The notes beneath the pieces were generated by a model, which had not been told where the DNA came from, did not search any database, and saw only the letters and a program-made list of their open reading frames with translations. Both the position numbers and the translations under genes were made by a program. Positions 39,445-49,040 of a stretch of DNA of 64,000 nt are shown here, piece by piece. Location of the stretch: assembly GCA_001916775.1 (NCBI GenBank), contig MNTB01000030.1, forward strand, positions 33,962 through 97,961, given 5' to 3'. This DNA comes from Firmicutes bacterium CAG:321_26_22 (GTDB taxonomy: Bacteria; Bacillota_I; Bacilli_A; RF39; UBA660). How positions within the stretch are numbered: position 1 is the first letter of the stretch; every line of letters starts with the position of its first letter.

Positions 39445-41481
39445 TTATTTATTATTCTTTAATAATCTTAGAGTATTTAGAATACATAATACTGTTACTC
39501 CGACATCAGCAAAGACAGCCTCTAGCATTGTTGATACTCCTAGTAGAGTTAAGATTAGTACTAATAGTTTTATGCCTATAGCAAAGATTAGATTTTGATT
39601 TATTATCTTTCCTGTTTTCTTAGATATGTTTATAGCAGTTATTATTTTATCTAGGTTATCATTCATTATTACGATGTCTGATGCTTCGATAGCAGAGTCT
39701 GTTCCTAGATGCCCCATAGAAATACCTAGATCTGCTAGTTTTAGAACTGGGGCATCATTGATACCATCTCCAACAAAGGCTACGATGGTTCCTTCTTTTT
39801 TGTTTGTGATTATTTTTTCTAAATAGTTATATTTATCATTTGGTAACATACTATAGTTTACATCTTCGATATTTAGTTCTTTTGATATTTCTTCGGCTTT
39901 TTCTTTGGTATCTCCAGTAAACATATGAACTGTTATATTCATATCTTTTAATTTTTTTATTGTTTCTTTAGCAGTACTTTTTATTTCATCTTTTATTTCA
40001 ATATCTGCAACTAGACTATTATTTATTGTTAGATATATATTACTACTTTCTTCTTTGATACCACAGTATTTAGGGTTTCCTATTTTTACTTTATCTTTTT
40101 TATAAGTAAATTCTATTCCTTTTCCTGATACTTCTTTGAAATCTTTGATATCATTATGTGATACTTCTTTATTATATTTTTTTAATACTGATTTGGCAAT
40201 TGGATGGTTTGAAAGTGATTCTCCTTTAGCAAAAATTTCCATTATTTTATCTTCAGTATATTCTTTGTTATGGATATTTATTTTTGATATATAGAACTCA
40301 CCTGTTGTGATAGTTCCTGTTTTATCAAAAGCTATTTCTTTGATATTTTTGATACTATCTAGGTAATTACTTCCTTTTACTAGTATTCCTTCTCTAGATG
40401 ATGCTCCAATACCTGAAAAATATGATAATGGTATTGATATGGCTATAGCACATGGACAAGATATTACTAGTATTGTTAATCCTTTATAAATACTTTCACT
40501 ATATGTTAGACTTGTAAATAATGGTAATAAGACTGCTGTTAGAATGGCAATTATAATTACTCCTAATGTATATTTAGATGAGTATTTGGATACTACTTTT
40601 TCGGTTTTGGTTTTTCTTTCGGTAGCAGTTTCTACTAATTCTAGTATTTTATTTACTGTTGAATCTTTATAGATTGATGTTACTTTTACTTCTAGTAGGC
40701 CTCCTTTATTTATACTTCCCGACAGGATATTATCACCAACTTTTACTGATATTGGAAGTGATTCTCCGGTTAGAGCACTTGTATCTAACATGGAAGAACC
40801 TTTTACTATGGTTCCATCTAGTGGTACTCTTTCTCCTTCTTTGACTACGATTATATCTCCGACTTTTATTTCGGTTGTTGGAACTACTATTATTTTATTA
40901 TTTTCTTTTAGATTTGATGTTTCTTCTTTGATATCCATAAGTTCGGCTACTGAGTTACGACTTTTATTTACAGCCATGCTTTCTAATACTTTTCCTAAAT
41001 CATATAAGAATAGGACCATTAATCCTTCATGGGAATCTCCTAGAGCAAAGGCACCGAGAGCAGATATTGTTACTAGGAAGTTTTCATTTATTACTTTCTT
41101 TCTTAATTGTTTAATAGCGGTTAATAGTGTTTTATATATTAGGATTATGTAGGCTACTACTATTAAGATAGTACTTAAATAGTTTGGTAATTTTAGTACT
41201 ATTCCAAGTAATCCTATTAATCCTCCTAGTACTATTCTATAGATATCTGTATTTTTATTTTCTTTTATTTTATCTTCACTTAAAATAGCATCTGGTTCTA
41301 TTTCACTTACTATTTTTTTTATATAAGTAAAAGCATCTTTTAAGTCTGTCTCCACAGTTACTGTTGATGAATTAAAATTAACGATTGCTTTTTTGATATT
41401 TTTATCTTCATTTAATTTATTTTCAATGGTTTTAGCACAATTAGCACAGTCTAGATTTTTGATATTATATTTATATTTCAT
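39445..41481 (-). CDS. cadA: P1B-type heavy-metal ATPase (Cd/Zn/Pb-type, CadA/ZntA-like)
   Basis: N-terminal HMA domain (CANCAKTIE), CPC transduction motif (SCPCAIAIS), DKTGTIT, GDGINDAP. Confidence 0.85.
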   Translation of the reverse strand: MKYKYNIKNLDCANCAKTIENKLNEDKNIKKAIVNFNSSTVTVETDLKDAFTYIKKIVSEIEPDAILSEDKIKENKNTDIYRIVLGGLIGLLGIVLKLPNYLSTILIVVAYIILIYKTLLTAIKQLRKKVINENFLVTISALGAFALGDSHEGLMVLFLYDLGKVLESMAVNKSRNSVAELMDIKEETSNLKENNKIIVVPTTEIKVGDIIVVKEGERVPLDGTIVKGSSMLDTSALTGESLPISVKVGDNILSGSINKGGLLEVKVTSIYKDSTVNKILELVETATERKTKTEKVVSKYSSKYTLGVIIIAILTAVLLPLFTSLTYSESIYKGLTILVISCPCAIAISIPLSYFSGIGASSREGILVKGSNYLDSIKNIKEIAFDKTGTITTGEFYISKINIHNKEYTEDKIMEIFAKGESLSNHPIAKSVLKKYNKEVSHNDIKDFKEVSGKGIEFTYKKDKVKIGNPKYCGIKEESSNIYLTINNSLVADIEIKDEIKSTAKETIKKLKDMNITVHMFTGDTKEKAEEISKELNIEDVNYSMLPNDKYNYLEKIITNKKEGTIVAFVGDGINDAPVLKLADLGISMGHLGTDSAIEASDIVIMNDNLDKIITAINISKKTGKIINQNLIFAIGIKLLVLILTLLGVSTMLEAVFADVGVTVLCILNTLRLLKNNK

Positions 41482-41797
41482 TTATATGTTCCTTTCCAAT
41501 ATTAAATAGTTTTTTCACATGATCATCACTTAGTTTGTAGTAGACTGTTTTTCCTATTTTGGTATATTTTACTAATTTTGCTGATTTTAGTATTCTTAGT
41601 TGATGTGAAATGGCGGACTGTGTTCCTCCAACTAGTGTTGCTATATCACTAACACATAATTTATTTTCTAATAGAACATTTATTATTTTTACTCTTGTTG
41701 AATCTGCAAATACTTTGAATAGTTCTGCTATATCAATAATTGTATCTTCTTCAATTAATTCTTTTTGTATTTTATTTATATCTACATTATCTATCAT
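41471..41797 (-). CDS. cadC: ArsR/SmtB-family metalloregulator (CadC-like); start assigned to the Met with an AAGGAGG RBS
   Basis: ELFKVFADSTRVKIINVL...CVSDIATLVGGTQSAISHQLRILKSAKLV matches the ArsR HTH. The ORF-track start at 41851 is an upstream extension. Confidence 0.8.
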   Translation of the reverse strand: MIDNVDINKIQKELIEEDTIIDIAELFKVFADSTRVKIINVLLENKLCVSDIATLVGGTQSAISHQLRILKSAKLVKYTKIGKTVYYKLSDDHVKKLFNIGKEHINEI

Positions 41798-41812
41798 ATT
41801 ATTCCTCCTTAT

Positions 41813-41840
41813 TATATATGAATATATATTCATATATTTA
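41813..41840. promoter_or_regulatory. perfect palindrome ATATATGAATATA/TATTCATATAT, probable ArsR/SmtB (CadC) operator
   Basis: TGAA-N6-TTCA in 12-2-12 style inverted repeat, about 15 nt upstream of the cadC start. Confidence 0.55.
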
Positions 41841-41948
41841 AATAATATCACTGTTACTAAAAGATGTCAATATGTTTATATTATTTTTTATCAACCATAT
41901 TTATTATATATAAGTTAATTATTATATACTATTATATGTTAAAAATAA

Positions 41949-41976
41949 AAACCACTTGTATTTTTTTACAAGTGGT
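41949..41976. terminator. bidirectional terminator (aaccacttgt-T7-acaagtggtt)
   Basis: 10-bp stem flanked by A/T runs on both sides, just downstream of the lipoprotein gene stop. Confidence 0.65.
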
Positions 41977-41984
41977 TAATTTTA

Positions 41985-42923
41985 TTATCTAGTTAATGTT
42001 CTTGTTTTAGCTTTTTCTACTGTATTAATATCATTAGATAATGATAATTCTTCTAACTCTTCTTTTGTTAAATCACTTAATGGTACTATGTAAAGATTAT
42101 CGTTAGTTATAAATCCTCTTACTACATTAGTATTAGTTTTCCATATTCTTGTATAATAGATACCATCATTGTCATAGTAGAAAGAAATGTCTGTAGCAGA
42201 ATTTATTGGTGAAGAAAGGTTTTCTTCTGTACCAAAAAACTCATATTGAACTGAATTACTATTAAATAATACACCTATTGCTTCTAAATAACTACCTTTC
42301 AATAATATGTATTTTGGTAATTCTCCTTCATACTCAAGAAAATCTTTATTATTTAATCTATTTTCATAACTTTCTCTCAATTTTAGAACAAAGTACTGTC
42401 CATCTATATCTTCTTTTTTACCTGTATTTAGTATATTATTGATGCCTTTGTCTACGTATTTGCTAGTACTGATATTATCAATTATCATACAGTCGCTTTT
42501 CCATCCAGATGATGGATTGATAGTCCAAGTATTTTTATTTCCTGCAACCACATAACCTTCTGGTGCAGCAACTTCAGTTAATGTATACAATCCATCCTTT
42601 ATATTTTCTATTCTATGTGCTTCTTTTGAACTACTAATCCAACTTTCTATTAAGTTATTATTTTCATCTCTAAGTTCAAATTTAGCACCATCTAGTAACA
42701 TACCATTTTCAACGTCTGTAACGGAAACTTCGCAAAACCAAGATTCTTCTATTTTAGTGTGACCTTCAATTGTTTCTTGTTTTGTTGTTGGCTCAAAAGA
42801 ATCACTTTCTTGTTTCTTTTTGCCACATCCTGTTAATCCAAATGAAGTTAATGTTAAACTAGATGCAAGCATTAATGATATTAGTCTTCTTCTTGTAGTT
42901 TCATTAATATAATTATTTTTCAT
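41985..42923 (-). CDS. lipoprotein (lipobox LTGC), 312 aa
   Basis: Signal peptide followed by Cys (SLTLTSFGLTGCGKK). Confidence 0.6.
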   Translation of the reverse strand: MKNNYINETTRRRLISLMLASSLTLTSFGLTGCGKKKQESDSFEPTTKQETIEGHTKIEESWFCEVSVTDVENGMLLDGAKFELRDENNNLIESWISSSKEAHRIENIKDGLYTLTEVAAPEGYVVAGNKNTWTINPSSGWKSDCMIIDNISTSKYVDKGINNILNTGKKEDIDGQYFVLKLRESYENRLNNKDFLEYEGELPKYILLKGSYLEAIGVLFNSNSVQYEFFGTEENLSSPINSATDISFYYDNDGIYYTRIWKTNTNVVRGFITNDNLYIVPLSDLTKEELEELSLSNDINTVEKAKTRTLTR

Positions 42924-42989
42924 TTTTTATCTTCTCCCTCTTAAAGTGATTAGTATTATATATTAATTTATTTGTTTTGTCAAGGTATC

Positions 42990-43037
42990 TCCGCTTATTT
43001 CCACTTATTTATCTCCGCTTATTTCCACTTATTTAGC
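42990..43037. repeat. tandem direct repeat, 2 x 24 nt (TCTCCGCTTATTTCCACTTATTTA), upstream of the lipoprotein gene
   Basis: The two 24-nt units are identical (position-by-position check), about 70 nt upstream of the start at 42923. Confidence 0.6.
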
Positions 43038-43072
43038 AAATAAATGAATTATTCTAAGAAAAAATAATTTTA

Positions 43073-43151
43073 GTTTTGAGATGACAAGCTCAAAACTTTT
43101 TTCTAATGACCTTAGGCATTAGAAAACGGCGAACAACATAGTGTGAGACGA
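43073..43151 (+). repeat. intergenic double-hairpin repeat, copy D (core GGCGAACAACATAGTGTGAGACG)
   Basis: tttgag-ATGACAAG-ctcaaa, then T6, then ctaatg-ACCTTAGG-cattag, then the core. Confidence 0.7.
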
Positions 43152-43165
43152 TACTGAAAAAGAAT

Positions 43166-43723
43166 CTATTTAATAGACTCTTTATCTTTATATTCTTCTA
43201 GTGTTAGGTTATTGTTATAAATACTACTAGCTATATTTCCTACATATCTTAAATGCCATGGTTCATAACTATATTTGGTTATATCTTCTTTTCCTTCGGG
43301 ATATCTTATGATAAAACCATATCTATGACTATTTTGATGTATCCATTTGGTTTCTATTTTATCTTCAACATCATGTTCTATATAACATTTTCCATCTTTA
43401 TATATACAAAAATCTAAAGCTAATCCTGTTTGATGTTCACTCTTACCAGGAGATGCTATTCTTGTTATGGCATAGGTAAATCCTTTTTCTTCTAGTAATT
43501 TATTATATATTTTTTCTTGATAATCATAGTCTCGATAGCCACTTACTATATCAATATGATATCCATATCTTAAGGCTTCTCTTTTTAGTTCTTGAAATGC
43601 TTCTAGGGCTTTATTGTCTAGTAATATGTTTTCTTTATATTCACTATGAACATTTTCTAATGTATTTGGTATATATGCTCTTGGCAGGGGATTATCTTTA
43701 TTTACTAAAATACTATAATCCAT
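43166..43723 (-). CDS. VanY-type D-alanyl-D-alanine carboxypeptidase (peptidase M15B)
   Basis: SGYRDYDYQ, SEHQTGLALD and EPWHLRYVG, the LAS metallopeptidase His/Asp/His ligands. Confidence 0.75.
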   Translation of the reverse strand: MDYSILVNKDNPLPRAYIPNTLENVHSEYKENILLDNKALEAFQELKREALRYGYHIDIVSGYRDYDYQEKIYNKLLEEKGFTYAITRIASPGKSEHQTGLALDFCIYKDGKCYIEHDVEDKIETKWIHQNSHRYGFIIRYPEGKEDITKYSYEPWHLRYVGNIASSIYNNNLTLEEYKDKESIK

Positions 43724-43768
43724 AGATACCTCCTACTGTATTATATGTTATAAAAAAAGAAATAGATA

Positions 43769-44086
43769 CTATTTTAATTTATCTATATCTTTCTTTACTT
43801 TATTTATTTTTGTATTTAGAGTAGTTATTTTATCTTCTAAGTCTTGTTTTTGTTTTTCCAGATTTTGATTATTTTCTTTGATTAATTCATAATTTTCTTT
43901 AATGTTTTTTAGTTCTTCTATCTCTTCAGTTAATTCTTGATGTTCTTTTAGGTAGTTATTTAATTCTTTATTTTTGTTATTTAAATTTATTTTTTGATAT
44001 ATGGTATATACTAGAAGGCTAAATATTATTAGGGTTATAATTATGATGATAGGTGGTAATATTTTGTTTACTTTTTTATTTCTCAT
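43769..44086 (-). CDS. membrane-anchored coiled-coil protein (105 aa)
   Basis: N-terminal TM helix, then heptad-rich K/E sequence. Confidence 0.45.
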   Translation of the reverse strand: MRNKKVNKILPPIIIIITLIIFSLLVYTIYQKINLNNKNKELNNYLKEHQELTEEIEELKNIKENYELIKENNQNLEKQKQDLEDKITTLNTKINKVKKDIDKLK

Positions 44087-45039
44087 TAGTAATATAACGC
44101 CTTCTTTCCATAATAGTTATATCTTTCTTTGAAGATAATTTTTGATTGGTATTTGGCTTTACCATTTATTGGGTCTGATATTATGACTTTATCTTCGGTA
44201 TAGCCTATTATTACTACAGCATGCTCATTGGCCTTCCAGTAAATTGTTTCTCCTGTTGGTTCATATATCCAAGACTGTGATATATAAGGTACTGCTAGAT
44301 ACATGGAAGTCCATACCATAACTGGTTTGCCTGTTTTTACTACTTCTAGTATTTTTTCAAAACTTGTTCCTGTTGCTATTTTGATACCGCTTTTATATTG
44401 GTTGGCAACATTAGCAATTGGTTTTTCATATACTCCGTAAGCATTTAAACTATAAGGATTACCTATAAACTCTACCTCAGGATTACCTCCATATAGTTTG
44501 CCATTTTTGGTTACGGGAACACTTCCCTTTGGTAATTTATTTATGATATCGTCAGGAGTTACGGATACTCCATAGTATTTTAGAAGAATAGTTAAGGCTA
44601 CTGATTCACAACCAGTTGGATAGTTGGGATACTGATTGATAAAGGGTACATTTGAGATATAGAAACTATTTTTTTCAGCATTCTCTTTGACTAGTTTATA
44701 GTATTCTTTTTGAAGACTTGATAATTTGTCTTCGAGGTCTATGATGGTATTTTCTAGTGATGTTATATTGTCTTCAAGATCTTTTGAGATTGTTTTTTCA
44801 CTAGTCATTATTTCTTCTATATCTTCATCACTGAAGGTAGAGACTGCGAGTAAATTGGATACTGAGGTATTTAATTCTTCTTTTTCTTCTTTTAAAGTAC
44901 TTATATTTTTCTTATCTTTTAGGTCCTCTTGTAATATCTTATTTGATGCTTTTAGTGATGCTATATCGTTATTTAGTATTAGTATTTCTGATATCATTAA
45001 TAGTAATACTATGGTAAAACCTAGTAGTGTTTTTTTCAT
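44086..45039 (-). CDS. C39-like (YvpB-type) papain-fold cysteine peptidase domain protein with an N-terminal TM/coiled-coil
   Basis: Cys in YPTGCESVALT and His in HAVVIIGY. Confidence 0.55.
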   Translation of the reverse strand: MKKTLLGFTIVLLLMISEILILNNDIASLKASNKILQEDLKDKKNISTLKEEKEELNTSVSNLLAVSTFSDEDIEEIMTSEKTISKDLEDNITSLENTIIDLEDKLSSLQKEYYKLVKENAEKNSFYISNVPFINQYPNYPTGCESVALTILLKYYGVSVTPDDIINKLPKGSVPVTKNGKLYGGNPEVEFIGNPYSLNAYGVYEKPIANVANQYKSGIKIATGTSFEKILEVVKTGKPVMVWTSMYLAVPYISQSWIYEPTGETIYWKANEHAVVIIGYTEDKVIISDPINGKAKYQSKIIFKERYNYYGKKALYY

Positions 45040-45059
45040 AACTACTCCTCTTTTCTTTT

Positions 45060-47141
45060 TTATAATTTGGTTATGTTTGGATGGCCTTTCATTAGTTTTC
45101 TTATACCAAATGGATGTGGAAAGGCTACGGTTATGATGGATTTATCAACACTTATTACTATTCCTTCACCAAACTCAGTATGTAAGATATGTTCTCCTAC
45201 TTCATAAGTGGCATTTTTGTCGACAGTCTTTTTTACTTTAGTTATTATTTTTTCTAGTTTTTTTGGTCTTTCTTTATCGATATATTCTTTATCTATTTCA
45301 TCAATAAATCTACTAGGTTGATTTCTCATTGGATTACCAAATAACATTCTGGTATCTGCTGATGTTATATATAATTCTTTTTTGGCTCTTGTTATAGCGA
45401 CATAACATAGTCTTCTTTCTTCTTCAATAGCGGAATTACTTCCATCATTAATAGCATTATAGTGAGGGAATATTCCTTCTTCCATACCGACAATGAAGAC
45501 ATAATCAAACTCTAGTCCTTTTACTGAATGAACGGTCATTAGGCTTACTCTATTTGAACTATCTTGATGTTCGGACATGTCACTTACTAATGAGATTTCG
45601 TCTAGGAAGTCTCCGAGTGAGGCAGTTCCGTATTCTTCTTCATAACTTTTGGTTACACCTTTGAACTCATTTAGGTTCTCTAGTCTTATTTCATCTTCGA
45701 GTAATTTGGATGTTGATAGTTCTTTTTTGATACCGGTTTTTTCTAAAATTTCATCTATTAATTCAGTTAGTGATAATGATTCACTAGCTTTTGTTAGGTC
45801 TTCGATTAGGTTTTTGAACTCTAGTTCTTTTCCTTTACTTATTGTTTCATATAGAGATAATTCTCTAGTTGTTGCTTCTTCAGTTAGAGTCTCAATTGTT
45901 TTATCTCCGATTCCTCTTCTTGGGGTATTTATTACTCTAAGCAAACTTACATCATCTTTATGATTATTTATTAGCCTTAAGTAACATAATAGGTCTTTTA
46001 TTTCTTTTCTGTTATAGAAGTAGAAACTTCCTACGACTCTATATTTAATATTTTTCTTTAGCATTTCTTCTTCAATAACACGAGACTGGGCATTAGTACG
46101 ATATAATACCGCTATATCTTCTTCGTTTATGCCTTCACTTAATAGTCTTTTTATTTCAGTTCCGACGAATGATGCTTCTTCTTTTTCGTTTGCTACTTCT
46201 TTATATTTTATTTTATTACCAGTTGCATTATTACTCCATAGGTTTTTATCTTTTCTTTCATGATTGTTTTTGATTACGCTATTAGCGGCATTTAATATGG
46301 TTTTGGTTGAACGATAGTTTTCTTCAAGTAGGATTGTTTTGGCCTCAGGATAATCTTTTTCGAAGTTTAGGATATTCTTGTAGTTGGCTCCTCTAAAGGC
46401 ATATATTGCTTGATCATTATCTCCTACTACGAAGATATTTCGATACTTTGCTGATAGTAATTTACTAAAGGTATATTGGGCTTCATTGGTATCTTGATAC
46501 TCATCTATTAGGATGTATTTATATCTATCTTGATATTCTTCTAATACACGAGGATAGTTTCTGAATAGTTTTATTGGTAGTATTAGTAAGTCATCAAAAT
46601 CTACGGAATTACCATTTTTTAGTTTTTGCTGATATTCTTTATAGACTTCTACTACTTTGTGATCAAACTCTACTTTAGCAAATGAATCTATACTCATCAT
46701 TTCATTTTTAGCAGAACTTATTTTATTTTTTATTTCTCTTGGGTTATATCTATCTTTAGACATATTTTTATCTTTTAATATTTTCTTTATGATTGTTAGG
46801 ACATCATCGCTATCTATAATAGTAAAGTTTTTTTCATAGCCTAACATGCTATAGTTTTCTTTTAATATTTTTAGGCCTAAGGAATGGAATGTTGATATTT
46901 GGATATTATAGGCTTCTTTTCCTATTAATCTTACTACTCTATCTTTCATTTCTTTAGCGGCTTTATTAGTAAATGTTATAGCTAATATGTTATATGGACT
47001 TATACCATTTTCGATTAGATTTGCTATTCTATTTGTTAATACTTTGGTTTTTCCTGAACCAGCTCCTGCTAAAACAAGCATTGGTCCATCTATATGATTA
47101 ACTGCTTTTTGTTGTTCTTTATTTAATTCTTGTATTTGCAT
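45060..47141 (-). CDS. pcrA: ATP-dependent DNA helicase PcrA (UvrD family)
   Basis: AGAGSGKTKVLT, DEYQDTN and VGDNDQAIYAFRGA helicase motifs. C-terminal Tudor-like domain. Confidence 0.9.
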   Translation of the reverse strand: MQIQELNKEQQKAVNHIDGPMLVLAGAGSGKTKVLTNRIANLIENGISPYNILAITFTNKAAKEMKDRVVRLIGKEAYNIQISTFHSLGLKILKENYSMLGYEKNFTIIDSDDVLTIIKKILKDKNMSKDRYNPREIKNKISSAKNEMMSIDSFAKVEFDHKVVEVYKEYQQKLKNGNSVDFDDLLILPIKLFRNYPRVLEEYQDRYKYILIDEYQDTNEAQYTFSKLLSAKYRNIFVVGDNDQAIYAFRGANYKNILNFEKDYPEAKTILLEENYRSTKTILNAANSVIKNNHERKDKNLWSNNATGNKIKYKEVANEKEEASFVGTEIKRLLSEGINEEDIAVLYRTNAQSRVIEEEMLKKNIKYRVVGSFYFYNRKEIKDLLCYLRLINNHKDDVSLLRVINTPRRGIGDKTIETLTEEATTRELSLYETISKGKELEFKNLIEDLTKASESLSLTELIDEILEKTGIKKELSTSKLLEDEIRLENLNEFKGVTKSYEEEYGTASLGDFLDEISLVSDMSEHQDSSNRVSLMTVHSVKGLEFDYVFIVGMEEGIFPHYNAINDGSNSAIEEERRLCYVAITRAKKELYITSADTRMLFGNPMRNQPSRFIDEIDKEYIDKERPKKLEKIITKVKKTVDKNATYEVGEHILHTEFGEGIVISVDKSIITVAFPHPFGIRKLMKGHPNITKL

Positions 47142-47213
47142 CTTGTTACCTCACTTTTCTCTATTTCATTGTATCATATTTTAGAGATATTATAAAGGGT
47201 AAGATGTTTATTT

Positions 47214-47268
47214 TGTTATTTTTTGTCACTTTAAGTCTTGAGTCTTAAAGTGCTATTTAAAGCCAATT
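47214..47268. repeat. hairpin repeat, family 2 (cactttaagtcttgagtcttaaagtg-CTATTTAAAGCCAATT); second copy at 56567-56617
   Basis: About 80% identity over roughly 50 nt between the two intergenic copies. Confidence 0.5.
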
Positions 47269-47382
47269 TTTTTATTGTCTTTAAATAGGATATCAGCCAT
47301 ATTTATTATAGAGTAGTTAGGGTTATATACTCTTTTTATTGGTTTATTAATAAAAAAACTTAATAGTTTGTTGTCTATTAAG

Positions 47383-48423
47383 TTATTTTTTACTTTTTTT
47401 GTAATGGCATTTCGGATAATTACTGCAGCCAATGAAAATTCCATATTTTCCTTTACGCTCTATTAATTTACCTCCACAATCTGGACAGATCATACTATTT
47501 TTCGAACTATAATCTTCCATTTTATTACTTTTACCCATATTACATCTATCACATAGGGTTTGAAGATTACTCATGACAGTTTTTCCGCCTTTAGATACTG
47601 GAATAATGTGATCAACGTGAAGTTTTGCTCCGTCTTTAGCTGATATACCACATAATTTGCAAGTAAAGTTATCTCTTTTCAAAACATTATATCTAATATC
47701 ATCATTCATAATTTTTCTTTCCTGCTTTATGGTTTCTTCGTATTTATTACCATTTTGCCATTCTTTATACAATTTAACTAAATCTTCAAAAGAATAGTTT
47801 CCATATCTAGTTTCATTAACCTTTCCTGCATTACTTCTATAATAAACTTCTAGCTTTAATTTTATTAAAAACTCTTTTCTTTTATGAATAGAATCATTTA
47901 ATACTCTATTTTCTATTTTTTGAAATTTTTTTGATGAATAATTTGTTTTATTTTTAGATTTATAATTAATAATTTTATCTACTTCTTTGGTATATTCTTC
48001 TAATAAATCGATATTATATATAGCATTTTCTATATCAGTTCTAATTAAATCAATATTATTTTCTATATGATATTTTATAATACTTGATCCTGTCACTCTC
48101 TCTAAACTTTTTCTTGAGTATTCGCGGTCTATAATATTATGTTTTTTCTTTGTTATCCTTTTAAAATGATATTTTTCGTTTAATTTATTCAATTCTTGTA
48201 TTTTTATACTTGATTTTGATACTTCTTCATTTTCTTTTTTTATCATTTTTCTTATTACAAATATATATAATATTAGTGGAAACAATCCTATCAAAGTGCT
48301 GATGACTACAATTGTTTGTTCATTTAATGCTAATAATTTAAATAATATATATGATGTATAATAACTAATATAACCACTAATGATAATTAATGTTGTTTTT
48401 TGCCATTTCTTCATATTTGACAC
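47383..48423 (-). CDS. membrane-anchored HNH endonuclease with a C-terminal topoisomerase-type C4 zinc finger
   Basis: Two N-terminal TM helices. HNH motif LHVDHIIPVSKGGKTVMSNLQTLCDRCN. CPDCGGKLIERKGKYGIFIGCSNYPKC matches the zf-C4_Topoisom pattern. Confidence 0.65.
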   Translation of the reverse strand: MSNMKKWQKTTLIIISGYISYYTSYILFKLLALNEQTIVVISTLIGLFPLILYIFVIRKMIKKENEEVSKSSIKIQELNKLNEKYHFKRITKKKHNIIDREYSRKSLERVTGSSIIKYHIENNIDLIRTDIENAIYNIDLLEEYTKEVDKIINYKSKNKTNYSSKKFQKIENRVLNDSIHKRKEFLIKLKLEVYYRSNAGKVNETRYGNYSFEDLVKLYKEWQNGNKYEETIKQERKIMNDDIRYNVLKRDNFTCKLCGISAKDGAKLHVDHIIPVSKGGKTVMSNLQTLCDRCNMGKSNKMEDYSSKNSMICPDCGGKLIERKGKYGIFIGCSNYPKCHYKKSKK

Positions 48424-48514
48424 CTCTTTTTTATTATAACATACATTTTAAATAATCAATATATAATTTAACTAAGCAATTTGACAAAAGTATATATTTA
48501 TGCTATTATTAGTA

Positions 48515-48628
48515 TGTAAGCAAGGGAACTTGCATAAAATAAAAATAGGAAACATTCAATAGTCACAATTGAGTGTTGCCAATAATTTGGTTTCACCTGA
48601 CTTAAAGCATTAAGTTAGGTGATTTTCT
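48515..48628 (+). ncRNA. candidate type I antitoxin antisense sRNA (promoter TTGACA-17-TATTAT at 48481-48509; terminator hairpin 48585-48614 + T-run)
   Basis: Promoter and terminator bracket about 110 nt of non-coding sequence. Its 3' end lies 3 nt from the stop of the convergent 27-aa hydrophobic ORF. Confidence 0.45.
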
Positions 48629-48630
48629 TT

Positions 48631-48714
48631 TTAATTAAATGTTTTAAATAACAATATAATCAAAAGGAAGATTGTCATAGTTTGAAAGAAAATTAAAAAA
48701 GCTTTCTTGCTCAT
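48631..48714 (-). CDS. candidate type I toxin: 27-aa hydrophobic peptide MSKKAFLIFFQTMTIFLLIILLFKTFN
   Basis: Found by manual translation. Strong RBS GGAAGGGAGG 7 nt upstream. Promoter TTGTTT-18-TATAAT at about 48781-48815 (minus). Single predicted TM helix with a KK N-terminus. Confidence 0.5.
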   Translation of the reverse strand: MSKKAFLIFFQTMTIFLLIILLFKTFN

Positions 48715-48869
48715 AATATCGCCTCCCTTCCTTAATAGAAGTTCGGCAAGCACCCAACTTATTTGAATATCTCCTAATACAATTATAACATTTTTTATAT
48801 CTTAAAAACAAGCGAACACCTTAATATTTATGGTGTTTTCTTTAATATTTACTATAACTTTACAAACAA

Positions 48870-49009
48870 TGTAAATAATTCATAGACTTCTACTGATGGC
48901 TATGAATTACTATAGAAAGACATTAGGCTTTCTATAGCAGTGAACAACGAAGTGTGAACTCTAAAAAAGAAGGATTTATTTTTTCCTTCTTTTAAATATT
49001 TTTACTAGT
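48870..49009 (+). repeat. intergenic double-hairpin repeat, copy E; 48910-49009 is 100% identical to 51899-51998, and 49010-49046 is a degraded copy of the amidase 3' coding end
   Basis: Base-by-base comparison with copy F. Includes the last 6 codons plus stop of the Amidase_2 gene. Confidence 0.8.
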
Positions 49010-49040
49010 CTCTCTAATTATTTATCTAAGTCATTATTAT

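Noticed and set aside
47253-47444. 63-aa minus-strand ORF overlapping the 3' end of the HNH gene
   Set aside because: It overlaps a well-supported gene in another frame, has no RBS, and has AT-rich low-complexity composition. It is likely spurious.
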